Positions 10,567 through 20,394 of a stretch of 54,156 nucleotides of DNA are shown one piece after another. Position 1 is the stretch's first letter. Every line of letters starts with the position of its first letter. Below the pieces are notes generated by a model. That model was not told the DNA's origin and searched no databases. It saw only the letters and a list, made by a program, of their open reading frames with translations. The position numbers and the translations under genes were made by a program. Source of the DNA: Opitutales bacterium (GTDB lineage Bacteria > Verrucomicrobiota > Verrucomicrobiia > Opitutales > JABSRG01); NCBI GenBank assembly GCA_049599475.1, contig JBMYOQ010000020.1, positions 1-54,156 of the forward strand, read 5' to 3'.

Positions 10567-11529
10567 TTAATTAACAGGCAATGCGTTCAACAAATCCACG
10601 AGCGCTCGGTAAGAATCTATAATGCGCGGGCCATTCACCACGAATAGCCCCGCTGGAGCCAGCTGAATATGCTCTTCTAAATCCAAGGAAAGAGCCTTCC
10701 AGACCGAGGATGGTTTGCGAACAATACTAGCATGCCGTGCTGTATTCGTTTCAAAACTACGCTGTGTCGAAGAGGCCACCAAAATACAGTCTGGATCTCC
10801 GGAAACAATGCCCTCAGCCGAAAGCATTGGCCACGGAGACACAGCACTCGCGGCTAAGTTTACAACGCCGGCTCTGTTCAAAATGGCATCTGGCCAGGTA
10901 CCCGAGCCAGCACTGTAGAATCCATCTAAGCCATAAAGAAGCAAGACCGTGGGGGGGCCATCGAGCGACGCTACAATCTTCGCCGCCTGCCTATCGAGAT
11001 CCGTTAAGGTTTTATCCCAATTTGCCAATACTGATCGGGCCGACTCCGATTCTCCGAGTAAACTGCCGATGAGCTCGGTGTGGACCAATAGCTCTTCAAT
11101 AGTATCCATATCTAAAACCGCGACCTTGAACCCCAATTGAGAAAAACGGGCGAGCAACTCAGCGTTCGCACTCATACGCCCCATAAGAATCAGGTCAGGA
11201 TCAATCACTGCCAATTTCTCAAAATTCGGATCAATGAGACCTCCAATGTCCTCAATACCAGCCGTCCCAGCCGGGTAGTCTGCAAAACGTGTCCTACCTA
11301 CCAGATAGCCTTCCGCATCGAGCTCAAAAAAGATTTCTACAATGCCTGAATCCAAGGAGACGATGCGTCTCGGCGAAGTGTCGAAAGATAAGGAATTCCC
11401 CATCGAATCGACTAAGACGATTTCATCAGACGACCTCTCGATACGGGCAAAATCCGCGAAAAGACTGCACGCAAGGAGCTGAGTGATTATCACCCAAAAC
11501 AACACACATATCTTCACATCAGGATTCAT
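10567..11529 (-). CDS. Periplasmic binding protein, BtuF/helical-backbone family
   Basis: PRRIVSLD, LVGRTRFADYP, PNFEKLAVIDPDLI, SAEGIV..DPD.I, GPRI. Confidence 0.8.
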   Translation of the reverse strand: MNPDVKICVLFWVIITQLLACSLFADFARIERSSDEIVLVDSMGNSLSFDTSPRRIVSLDSGIVEIFFELDAEGYLVGRTRFADYPAGTAGIEDIGGLIDPNFEKLAVIDPDLILMGRMSANAELLARFSQLGFKVAVLDMDTIEELLVHTELIGSLLGESESARSVLANWDKTLTDLDRQAAKIVASLDGPPTVLLLYGLDGFYSAGSGTWPDAILNRAGVVNLAASAVSPWPMLSAEGIVSGDPDCILVASSTQRSFETNTARHASIVRKPSSVWKALSLDLEEHIQLAPAGLFVVNGPRIIDSYRALVDLLNALPVN

Positions 11530-11634
11530 TGATATGTTTAATCCCCAACAAATCTTCCACTGTCAACCTGTAATCACCATCAAGCGAAAAAAACAGAGAT
11601 ACGAAAACCGATACCCGCATCTCCCCTCGCCTAT

Positions 11635-12699
11635 CTAGCCGCCATGCGTGAGGGCAAACAGAGACCGAAACGGGAGTAAGCCCCTCCGAGCCGAGCCTGC
11701 TACCCAACTCTGGGTCTTCGGATTCAAAAGCAGAGGCTGAATTGCATTCGCCACCCGGAATCGCGTTTTCAGATGTTTACGCGCACACCTTTGAAATCTG
11801 GATACGCAGTCTTTCCAGGAACCTTCGCCACTCCAATATGTAACGAGGGGATCGATTGCTAAAGATGCTGTTTCCAGGGCAATAGACATGCCATTGCCCG
11901 TAAAGGGTGGAATGACACCCCATTGATCCCCGAGGCTGAAAGTGGAGTCATTCTGCTTAGCAAGCCCCCAGAACACAGACTTATCTGAGAAAGAAAAATG
12001 CGATACGCCGCAATACGAATCAGTATCGGGGTCGGAATCTAAAACTCTCGTTTTCAAATGCCCAAGGTCCACCGAATCTAGATAGCGATAGAGTAGCTCT
12101 TCGCCGCGCCCCCGCATACCCGGAATCTTCCTGAAAAGACCACAGACATTCACCCGCCCCCCCTCAATCGCAGAGACTCCAACATAGGCTTGTTTTCCTA
12201 AATGAACCTCCAAATCGCCCTGCAAATCGTAGTTTCGGCAATGCATTTTCAGCCCCAACCACGGACCTCGCTCTCGCTTTCTACCGTTCGCCCAGACGAC
12301 ACCTTCCGTCTGTTTGTCCGTGTCCGGCTGAAAGTCGGTCTGGGGATGTAAGATTCCCCCATTACGCCTAAACTCATCGGCCATTGCCAAATCCATGGAA
12401 TACCGGGAAAGCCCAAGGGCATCAAACGGCAGGTCTGTCCTGAGAACTTCTCTGCCTCCCAAAGTCCAAACCGATGTCCGGTGCCTCAATGCTTTCGAGA
12501 ACAATTGATCCAAGCCCAATTTTGCCAATGTGTCCTCTCGGGCTCCGCACACAAACTCTCCGCAGACTCGATGTCGTGGATACACCCCTTTGTCGTAAAC
12601 AGTTGCAGGTATTCCGTGCTTCTGAAGCCCCACCCCCAAAGCTAAGCCAGCGACTCCACCTCCGACAATTTGTATACGCTCCTCTTTAGGTGTATCCAT
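11635..12699 (-). CDS. FAD-dependent oxidoreductase/monooxygenase
   Basis: IVGGGVAGL Rossmann motif, YPRHRVCGEF, GDQWGVIPPFTGNGMSIA; ATG overlaps the upstream TAA (TAATG) at 12699. Confidence 0.8.
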   Translation of the reverse strand: MDTPKEERIQIVGGGVAGLALGVGLQKHGIPATVYDKGVYPRHRVCGEFVCGAREDTLAKLGLDQLFSKALRHRTSVWTLGGREVLRTDLPFDALGLSRYSMDLAMADEFRRNGGILHPQTDFQPDTDKQTEGVVWANGRKRERGPWLGLKMHCRNYDLQGDLEVHLGKQAYVGVSAIEGGRVNVCGLFRKIPGMRGRGEELLYRYLDSVDLGHLKTRVLDSDPDTDSYCGVSHFSFSDKSVFWGLAKQNDSTFSLGDQWGVIPPFTGNGMSIALETASLAIDPLVTYWSGEGSWKDCVSRFQRCARKHLKTRFRVANAIQPLLLNPKTQSWVAGSARRGLLPFRSLFALTHGG

Positions 12700-13796
12700 T
12701 ATGAATGACAGCAAGAGTTATCATCCTCGGCTTCGTCTTTTTGGCAGCAGTACGATTTTGGCCGGTAGCGCTGCCGAACCCGCGCTACAACGGGGCCCAA
12801 AAATAACGCGGCAGCAAGGAGTGACAGAACAGTCTGCACCCACGAGGAATGCTCCATGTGTTCGCCGTGGGTCCCGCTCAAACCGTTCAGCAAATCCAAC
12901 GAGAGGAGATCGATCGAAATACCTAATACGAATAAAATCCCAGATAACGTGATTAATGCAGCTAAGGCCGCACGTATCCCGATAAATTTCACAAGCATCG
13001 AAAAGGTCCCGGCATTCGACGCAGGTCCCGCAACCAAAAATATAAGGACGGCTCCCGGAGACATTCCAGCCAGCGACAAAGCCCAAGCAATAGGGATCGC
13101 CCCCGTAGAACACACATACACGGGTAAGGAAATAGCCATGACGAAGAGATAGCCCGCCCAAACCGGTAAATTCAGCTCACTCCACATATCAGTGGGAAGC
13201 CAGACCTGTGCAGCAGCCGCGATAAAAACGCCGATCACAATCGGCCAAAAGACATCCCGAGGCAGAGTCCACAGGGCAAATGTAATACCATCTCGAAGAC
13301 GCTTCGAAAATTTGGGTGTTTCCGAGGCACATCCGCCTCCACAGCAAGACTGAGATGCCTCGCGCTCGGTATCTTTTTCCTTTTCCGCGCTAGGTCCCGA
13401 GATCTTTTGCGCTGCGAAGCCTGCCGCGATTCCCGACACCAATGCAGCACACACACGTAAAATAGCAATCGGTGCCCCTAAAATGCCCCAGGTCGCATAG
13501 ATGCTATCAATTCCTGTTTGCGGCGTTGTCAGCATAAACCCCGAGGTCGCGCCCGGGCCTGCGCCCTTCTCTCTCAAGGTGGCAGAAATCGGAATCACCC
13601 CACAGGAGCAGACAGGAATAGGGATCCCCAGAAGTACCGCTCGAATGGTCTGCATGTGACCGCTCTTGCCGAGAAATCGCATTACGCGCTCTTTATCAAG
13701 CCACGCATGAAGCATCCCTGCTATCAAGAACCCAATAAGGAGGTAAGGTCCCATTTCGAGCCACGTGTACCAGACTGCTTGAATAAATTCCCACAT
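12699..13796 (-). CDS. Metal permease, ArsP/SO_0444 (DUF318) family
   Basis: GIPIPVCSCGVIP, TTPQTGIDS, PVYVCSTGAIP, FLVAGPASN; Cys/His-rich loops; likely start MWEFIQ. Confidence 0.85.
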   Translation of the reverse strand: MWEFIQAVWYTWLEMGPYLLIGFLIAGMLHAWLDKERVMRFLGKSGHMQTIRAVLLGIPIPVCSCGVIPISATLREKGAGPGATSGFMLTTPQTGIDSIYATWGILGAPIAILRVCAALVSGIAAGFAAQKISGPSAEKEKDTEREASQSCCGGGCASETPKFSKRLRDGITFALWTLPRDVFWPIVIGVFIAAAAQVWLPTDMWSELNLPVWAGYLFVMAISLPVYVCSTGAIPIAWALSLAGMSPGAVLIFLVAGPASNAGTFSMLVKFIGIRAALAALITLSGILFVLGISIDLLSLDLLNGLSGTHGEHMEHSSWVQTVLSLLAAALFLGPVVARVRQRYRPKSYCCQKDEAEDDNSCCHS

Positions 13797-13858
13797 GATC
13801 TCCACTTCGAAATAGAAGTTTAAACAGGCGCATTCATTCCGCAAGCTCCCCCTACAGC

Positions 13859-13891
13859 AAAAAAAAAGTGCGTGATCACACGACCACGCAC
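13859..13891 (-). terminator. Rho-independent terminator after ilvC
   Basis: Minus strand GTGCGTGGTC-GTGT-GATCACGCAC followed by T9. Confidence 0.85.
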
Positions 13892-13919
13892 CCTTCGAAA
13901 TAAATCTGCTCTAAGCGGC

Positions 13920-14948
13920 TTAGTTGTAAGCAGCTTGAACGCCCTTGAGGCTCTTCTTAGGCACCCATGGCATGAGGTTACGGAGGCGCTTACCAGTCTT
14001 TTCGATCTGGTGCTTTTCACCTTCCTTGAGCATTGCCTTGTAGTTTGGAAGCCCGTCCTTGTATTCCTTGACCCAGTTCTTAGTGAACTTGCCGTTTTGA
14101 ATATCCTTGAGGACCTTCTGCATGTTCTTCTTCACCTGAGGTGTGATTACGCGTGGGCCGCTTACGAGGTCACCATACTTCGCCGTCTCAGAGATAGAGA
14201 AACGCATTCCGGAAATACCCGACTCGACGAAGAGATCTACGATGAGCTTGAGTTCGTGCAAGCACTCGAAGTAAGCCATTTCTGGTTGGTAGCCCGCTTC
14301 AACCAAAGTTTCGAAGCCAGCCATAACGAGTGCAGAAGCACCTCCACAGAGAACGGCTTGTTCACCAAAGAGGTCTGTTTCTGTCTCTTCCTTGAAAGTT
14401 GTTTGGAGAACTCCAGCCTTCGCACAACCGATGCCCTTTGCCCATGCAAGCGCTGTCTTCTTCGCCTTCTTGGTAGCATTGTTGTGGATAGCGATCAGTC
14501 CAGGAACGCCCTTGCCTTCTACATATTGAGAGCGGACGGTGTGGCCGGGGCCCTTAGGCGCAACCATGATCACGTCGACATCTTCCGGAGTCTTGATGAG
14601 ACCGTAGTGGATCGCGAGACCGTGCGTGAAAATGAGGGTCTTGCCCGCTTCGAGGTTTGGAGCTACGTCTTGCTCGTAAACATCCGCTTGGCGCATGTCT
14701 GGCACTGCAAGCATGATGATATCTGCAGTCTTCACTGCTTCCGCAGTGTCCATGACAGTAAAACCGTGCTCTTCAGCCACTGCGCGTGACTTACTCTTCG
14801 CGTAGAGGCCGATGATTACTTCGTAACCAGAGTCCTTCAGGTTCAGTGCGTGGGCGTGTCCTTGCGAACCGTAGCCAATCACAGCTAGTTTCTTGCGTGT
14901 GAAGGCGCGCATATCCGCGTCTTTCTCAGTGTATACTTTTGCAGGCAT
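13920..14948 (-). CDS. ilvC: Ketol-acid reductoisomerase
   Basis: IGYGSQGHAHALNLKDSG, APKGPGHTVR, ETETDLFGEQAVLCGG, AYFECLHELKLIVDL. Confidence 0.98.
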   Translation of the reverse strand: MPAKVYTEKDADMRAFTRKKLAVIGYGSQGHAHALNLKDSGYEVIIGLYAKSKSRAVAEEHGFTVMDTAEAVKTADIIMLAVPDMRQADVYEQDVAPNLEAGKTLIFTHGLAIHYGLIKTPEDVDVIMVAPKGPGHTVRSQYVEGKGVPGLIAIHNNATKKAKKTALAWAKGIGCAKAGVLQTTFKEETETDLFGEQAVLCGGASALVMAGFETLVEAGYQPEMAYFECLHELKLIVDLFVESGISGMRFSISETAKYGDLVSGPRVITPQVKKNMQKVLKDIQNGKFTKNWVKEYKDGLPNYKAMLKEGEKHQIEKTGKRLRNLMPWVPKKSLKGVQAAYN

Positions 14949-14997
14949 TTCTCTGTTTAGAGGTTATTGGGTATAAATGGTGGGTTTTCGAAAAATA

Positions 14998-15471
14998 TTA
15001 TAGGCCGCGGCTCAACGCCACGTTGCCTGTGCGGGCCATCTCTACGATGCCGAACGGCTCGATCAAATCGAAGAAGGCACGCACCTTATTCTCATTACCG
15101 GTGACTTCTACAATCACACTCTCGGTTGTGACATCTATAATCTTCGCGCGGAAAATATCACAAATTTGAATTATCTCAGGACGCTCTTTGGGGCCCGCAT
15201 TGATTTTGAGCATGATGAGCTCGCGGGCTACTGCATCGTCTCCTCGGAAATGGCGCACTTCGATGACGTTTACCAAGCGTTCAAGCTGCTTGAGAGCCTG
15301 ATCGAGTGCATTTTCATCGCCAATAATTGTAGCGGTAATGCGCGAGAGACCGTCTTTAGTGGGCCCGACGTTTAGAGTGTCGATATTGAAGCCGCGTCCG
15401 CTAAACATTCCCGCGATTCGAGCGAGAACGCCAAAGCGGTTTTCAACCAGTACTGATATCGTATAGCGCAT
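14998..15471 (-). CDS. ilvN: Acetolactate synthase small regulatory subunit
   Basis: ISVLVENRFGVLARIAGMFSGRGFNIDTL ACT domain; EMARTG. Confidence 0.95.
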   Translation of the reverse strand: MRYTISVLVENRFGVLARIAGMFSGRGFNIDTLNVGPTKDGLSRITATIIGDENALDQALKQLERLVNVIEVRHFRGDDAVARELIMLKINAGPKERPEIIQICDIFRAKIIDVTTESVIVEVTGNENKVRAFFDLIEPFGIVEMARTGNVALSRGL

Positions 15472-15496
15472 TTCTGAGAGGCTTTTCCCTCAGAAA

Positions 15497-15573
15497 TGGT
15501 GGGCGCAACAGGATTCGAACCTGTGACCTTCTGGGTGTAAACCAGACGCTCTAACCAACTGAGCTATGCGCCC
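15497..15573 (-). tRNA. tRNA-Val (anticodon TAC)
   Basis: Reverse complement GGGCGCATAGCTCAGTTGGTTAGAGCGTCTGGTTTACACCCAGAAGGTCACAGGTTCGAATCCTGTTGCGCCCACCA; full cloverleaf with encoded CCA. Confidence 0.97.
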
Positions 15574-15594
15574 CCGAAAGAGGAAAAACCGATG

Positions 15595-15622
15595 AGAATG
15601 CAAGTAGCTTCACCGGGATCAA
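15595..15622 (-). promoter_or_regulatory. Possible sigma70 promoter for tRNA-Val/ilvN/ilvC
   Basis: TTGATC-N16-CATTCT ending about 21 nt upstream of the tRNA 5' end. Confidence 0.35.
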
Positions 15623-15686
15623 GACTGAATTTAAAAAATATTACGGTTCCCCTTCCGTATGACAAACGCAAAATGCAGGAAGCTGA

Positions 15687-18600
15687 TCAAATCCGCTCTG
15701 CTTGCCGCTTCGTGGCTGCTTCCAAATTCTCCGTAAGTTTGTTCAGGATGATAGGTTTGGACATAAAACTGTCCATCCCGGCCTCCAAACATTCTTCCGA
15801 ATCCTCTTTTGTCGCATTCGCGGTAAGCGCAGTCACCCACGCATCTCGACTGGCAGATTGGCCGTTCTCGCGTATACGGGCAGTTGCTTCGAGCCCCGAG
15901 ATTACTGGCATTTGCACATCCATAAATATAATGTCGTAGGCTTTCTTTTCGGCAGCTTTCACAGCCTCTAGCCCATCATCGGCAAGATCCGCCTCGTGAC
16001 CGTAGCGCTTGAGCATATGTAATAGCACGCGCTGATTCACCTTATTGTCTTCGGCGATCAAAATATTGAGAGGCTCACCTCCCGATTGTAGACCCTCGAA
16101 ATCGGTCCGCGCCACAGAGCGCTCCTGGCGCTTTGTCTCACGCAGCTCCAATGCTTCTAAGACCACGCGATTTAAAGTGCTCAGGCGAATAGGCTTACTG
16201 ATAATAGAGGCATCTTTAATTTGCTCTGGGACGTCACGATAATCTGAAAGCAAAAATATTTTCGGACAGTCTTTCGAAGCGCTGGCTGGTTCGATTTCCA
16301 CGCCAGCATCGCTTCCGGAATTTAGAATGTCATAAAATTGCACATCAGTGACATCTTCCGATAAGCTTGACTCCACCATACCCCAGGCGGTCAAGGCCTG
16401 TGTAAGTAGTTTTCTATTCTCCGGCTGGCAGTCGACAAAGGAGAAGTGTTTCCCACGCAAGTCATCTGTTTTATAAACATCAAAGGCTTTCTGATAATCC
16501 TTCTCGCCTTCCAGGATCAAAGTAACAGTGAATGTTGAGCCTATACTTACTTTACTCTCGGCCGAAATATCGCCTCCCATAGCGTTCGCCAATCGGCGGC
16601 TAATCGCCAGACCAAGCCCAGTCCCACCATATCGACGCGTTGTTGAGCTATCTGCTTGAGTGAAAGGTTCGAAGAGTTTTTCGAGCGCAGCCTCAGAAAT
16701 ACCAATACCCGAATCTTCGACACGAATTCTCAACGCATACAGAAGTCGCTCACCATCGGGATGTTCTTCGACAGAATCTATCTCTAGATGTAGCCTCACT
16801 CCGCCAAAATGGGTGAACTTGACCGCATTACTCATCAAATTCACCAAAATCTGCCGGATCCGATTCGAATCTCCGATGAGTGATTCGGGGAGCTCAGGAT
16901 CGACATTATAGGACAACTCCACCGCAGCATCGCTCGCCTTCGATGCCACCATATTCATTGACTCGTAGATCAACGTCATCGGGTCAAATGGCAATGACTC
17001 TAAACTCACCTCCCCTGCTTCGATCTTCGAGAAATCTAAAATATCGTTTATCAGAGAAAGTAAGGCATCTCCACTGTTTTGAATTGTTTCGACGTATTCC
17101 TTCTGCTCATCCGACAAGGGGCTGTTGGCCAAGAGTGTGGACATACCAATCACCGCATTCATGGGGGTGCGGATCTCATGGCTCATAGTTGCCAAGAACG
17201 CACTCTTAGCACGACTCGAAGACTCAGCATCAAAGGCCATTTCCTGAGCCTGCCCCATAGCTTGCTCCAATTGCTCAGCTTGGATCTTTTCGATTGTAAT
17301 ATCTTCCTGAATACCAACGAAGTTCGTGGGCTTGCCGTCCTTATTAAAAATCGGAGATACGCTCAGGCGATTCCAAAACAATGAGCCATCCTTTCGCGAG
17401 TTTCTCAGGGTCACCGTAACAGGCTTGAAGGTCTTAATAGCGCTTTTAAGCATCGGCATTTCCTCCTGCTCTGGACTACCCTTAGACAGAAAGCGACAAT
17501 TCTGACCTACGGCGTCATCATAGGAGAATCCAGTAATTCTCTCAAACGCCGGATTTACATAACTGATCAGATTTTCTCCATCCGCATCCGTAATCACAAC
17601 ACCGTAGGTCGCAGCATCAATAGCCTTAGTCATGGTGCGCAATCTCTGCTCGGCCTCATATTGGTCCGAGATATCATAATTCAGGCCTATCAAGCGTGTC
17701 GGCTCCCCAAACTCATCTCGCTCAGCAATCGTGGTAGATCGAATATATTTCTCGGTGCCATCATCCATAAGGATTCGGAAAGTCTGTGAAACTGGAACCC
17801 CTTCCTTCACCGACCGAGCATCGTTTTGTATGATGTTTTCGCGGTCATTGGGATGCATCCGACTCAATACAACCTCCATTAGATCGGCGTCTTCAGAATC
17901 ATCGATTTCGTAAATCTCCCGCATCCGCCGATCCCAAACGAGACTACCCGTCTGAATGTCACGTTCCCAAACTCCAATACACGCTGAATCCAGAGCAAGC
18001 TGCAGTTTCGTTCTCGCTTTGCCTAGCTCCACGGTCGAGGCCTCGACGCGCTTCTGAGAGATGCGCTCCGATCTAGAAAGAGACGCAATACAGAGGAATA
18101 ACAGGATATCTACCACCAAGCCGGAAAAGACAATGATCATCGGCTGTTTCTCTCCCAGCCCACTCATAAACTCGTCTCCTGCATACAAATCAACACGCCA
18201 CAGGCTGTCTCCTGCAATGGAAATTTTGCGCGAAGTTTCAAACTGAGATGACGCCCTAAAATGAGCTGAATCCGCTTCACTGCCGTTAAAATCGCTCATA
18301 AATAAGCGCTGTTCGTCTCCTTCAGAGCGAACACCATAAATATCAAATTCATACCCTCGAGGAACCTCATCAATAATAGCATGCATGAGGTCCTGCGCAC
18401 GAAACGCGGCACTCACCAACCCTTTAAATGAATCACGACGTCCATTTACATCATCCAAAGGTGCACCCTTTTCATAGACAGGAAGGTACACCACAAATCC
18501 TATCGATTTGCCTCTTTCCTGATCTGTGACGAACTCAAAAATCTCGGAAACCGTGATCTTAGCCGTATCGCGCGCTCGAGTCGTTGCTGCTGAACGCGTA

Positions 18601-19112
18601 GCATCTCCCAACAAATCGATTCCCAAAGCCCAACGATTTGCTTCACTCAATGGGGCCATATAAATCAATGGCGCATATTCCTCCCGGACTCCTTGAGGTC
18701 TGATCGAAAACTCGGAAAAACCATCGCGATGCATCATCGATTCCCAAGATTCTCTCTCATTTTCGGAGAAGCATGGACTATAAGCCAATGCGAGCATCCC
18801 TGGAAAATATTTTTTAATCTCCAAGTTTTCTACAAAACGAGCCCATTCATCTTGGCGAATATCCTCGGAGCTTTGGATAAAGGCATTCAACGACTTTAGG
18901 GACACTTCGTAATCCACCATGTGCCGCGATATCATACTCGCCAAGGCGTCCCCCTCATAATCCAATTTCTGCCGGACTCGCTGATTCAAGTTTTTTACGG
19001 ACACCATCCATGCAGCCATTGTTACCAACAGAGAGCCTACAAGGACGATCCACGCAGAATTTCGGTTATTAACGATTTTGAATGAGTTCACAATTTGAAA
19101 GCGGCCAAACAA
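15687..19112 (-). CDS. Hybrid sensor histidine kinase (TM-CHASE-TM-PAS-PAS-HisKA-HATPase-degenerate REC-REC)
   Basis: [50 protein letters not shown]-like periplasmic part; [14 protein letters not shown] and G.NCRFL; start uncertain. Confidence 0.92.
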   Translation of the reverse strand: MFGRFQIVNSFKIVNNRNSAWIVLVGSLLVTMAAWMVSVKNLNQRVRQKLDYEGDALASMISRHMVDYEVSLKSLNAFIQSSEDIRQDEWARFVENLEIKKYFPGMLALAYSPCFSENERESWESMMHRDGFSEFSIRPQGVREEYAPLIYMAPLSEANRWALGIDLLGDATRSAATTRARDTAKITVSEIFEFVTDQERGKSIGFVVYLPVYEKGAPLDDVNGRRDSFKGLVSAAFRAQDLMHAIIDEVPRGYEFDIYGVRSEGDEQRLFMSDFNGSEADSAHFRASSQFETSRKISIAGDSLWRVDLYAGDEFMSGLGEKQPMIIVFSGLVVDILLFLCIASLSRSERISQKRVEASTVELGKARTKLQLALDSACIGVWERDIQTGSLVWDRRMREIYEIDDSEDADLMEVVLSRMHPNDRENIIQNDARSVKEGVPVSQTFRILMDDGTEKYIRSTTIAERDEFGEPTRLIGLNYDISDQYEAEQRLRTMTKAIDAATYGVVITDADGENLISYVNPAFERITGFSYDDAVGQNCRFLSKGSPEQEEMPMLKSAIKTFKPVTVTLRNSRKDGSLFWNRLSVSPIFNKDGKPTNFVGIQEDITIEKIQAEQLEQAMGQAQEMAFDAESSSRAKSAFLATMSHEIRTPMNAVIGMSTLLANSPLSDEQKEYVETIQNSGDALLSLINDILDFSKIEAGEVSLESLPFDPMTLIYESMNMVASKASDAAVELSYNVDPELPESLIGDSNRIRQILVNLMSNAVKFTHFGGVRLHLEIDSVEEHPDGERLLYALRIRVEDSGIGISEAALEKLFEPFTQADSSTTRRYGGTGLGLAISRRLANAMGGDISAESKVSIGSTFTVTLILEGEKDYQKAFDVYKTDDLRGKHFSFVDCQPENRKLLTQALTAWGMVESSLSEDVTDVQFYDILNSGSDAGVEIEPASASKDCPKIFLLSDYRDVPEQIKDASIISKPIRLSTLNRVVLEALELRETKRQERSVARTDFEGLQSGGEPLNILIAEDNKVNQRVLLHMLKRYGHEADLADDGLEAVKAAEKKAYDIIFMDVQMPVISGLEATARIRENGQSASRDAWVTALTANATKEDSEECLEAGMDSFMSKPIILNKLTENLEAATKRQAERI

Positions 19113-19194
19113 CTATACAAAGAATCAGCTGCAAAATTCGGACATCGCAGAGCCATCCTTAGCAAACTCTGGCTAATCCTATGCATACAGGCAC

Positions 19195-19228
19195 AAAAAA
19201 GCCCGTGCAGGGTAATCCTGACGGGCTT
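19195..19228 (-). terminator. Rho-independent terminator after cysK
   Basis: Plus strand A6-GCCCGT(G)CAGG-GTAAT-CCTGACGGGC, giving a hairpin plus U-tract on the minus strand. Confidence 0.8.
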
Positions 19229-19251
19229 AAGGTAAGTCTTAGCTTAAAATT

Positions 19252-20208
19252 TTATGCAGTCGCATTCGCTACTTCCAAACGAACTTTCTCCGCCAACGCA
19301 GTGGAGAGGTAACGCTCGGAGCATGAGCATGCTACAGTAACGATGTTCTTACCGGCCATTCCTGGCATCTTGGCGACTTCCATCGCAGCAGCGACGTTTG
19401 CACCGGAAGAGATTCCGCCTGCGATACCATCAAGAAGTGAAAGCTTTTGAGCCGTTTCGAAAGCGATATCGTTGTCGATCTTTACGACATCATCGATGAT
19501 CTCAGTATTGCAATTCTTCGGGATGAAGCCTGCACCGATACCTTGGATCTTGTGGGGGCCTGGCTGACCACCCGAAATTACTGGGCTGTTTTCAGGCTCT
19601 ACAGCGAATGTCTTGATCGCCTTGCGGCTCTTGATCACTTCGGAAACACCGGTGATCGTTCCACCCGTTCCAACACCCGCGACGAATGCATCGATTTCGC
19701 CGTTTGTCGCAGACCAGATCTCTTCCGCAGTGGTTTTGCGGTGGATTTCAGGATTGGCTGGATTCTCAAATTGCTGAGGCATGAAGCCGAGCTCGCCCTG
19801 CTCTTCTAGAATTTCCTTAGCGCGTGCAATCGCTCCTGGCATACCCTTAGCAGCCGGCGTCAAAACGATCTCTGCACCCAGGGTGCGGAGAAGCACACGG
19901 CGCTCGATAGACATGGACTCAGGCATCGTCAAAACCAGCTTGTAACCCTTAGCCGCACAGACGAATGCAAGTGCGATTCCTGTATTACCCGAGGTAGGCT
20001 CCACAACGATAGAGTTTGGCTTGAGGAGGCCTGCCTTCTCTGCGGCTTCAATCATAGCGACACCGATACGGTCCTTTACCGAGTTCAGCGGATTGAAGAA
20101 TTCACACTTCACGTAGATATTCGCATCAAGCCCTTCGGAGATGCGGTTCAATTTCACCAATGGAGTATTTCCAATAGTTTCGAGGATATTATTCGCTAGA
20201 ATAGCCAT
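19252..20208 (-). CDS. cysK: Cysteine synthase A
   Basis: IGNTPLV, SVKDRIG (PLP Lys), [31 protein letters not shown]. Confidence 0.96.
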   Translation of the reverse strand: MAILANNILETIGNTPLVKLNRISEGLDANIYVKCEFFNPLNSVKDRIGVAMIEAAEKAGLLKPNSIVVEPTSGNTGIALAFVCAAKGYKLVLTMPESMSIERRVLLRTLGAEIVLTPAAKGMPGAIARAKEILEEQGELGFMPQQFENPANPEIHRKTTAEEIWSATNGEIDAFVAGVGTGGTITGVSEVIKSRKAIKTFAVEPENSPVISGGQPGPHKIQGIGAGFIPKNCNTEIIDDVVKIDNDIAFETAQKLSLLDGIAGGISSGANVAAAMEVAKMPGMAGKNIVTVACSCSERYLSTALAEKVRLEVANATA

Positions 20209-20394
20209 GTTGTTTGGGTTTTGGATGTAGTTGAAAATTCTGGGAAACAGAGGGACCGTATGAACCTAACGGGACGAGTCCTATTCCCAGTAAATTGAGA
20301 CGCCTGCGAAAAAGGCAATTTTTGAATTCAGTTTCTTATGATTCATTGCCCTCAGGGGTTGTCATCAAACGAAAAACAGACCTTTTTGCCTACA

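Noticed and set aside
11530..11634. Possible cobalamin riboswitch before btuF
   Set aside because: Gap is short and no conserved GGGAA or GCCACTG-type core is seen on the coding strand
13872..14789. 305-aa plus-strand ORF
   Set aside because: Antisense shadow of ilvC, explained by its biased codon usage; no recognisable motifs
15497..15573. tRNA as an integration site for an island
   Set aside because: No integrase and no duplicated tRNA 3' end noticed; core ilv genes follow directly
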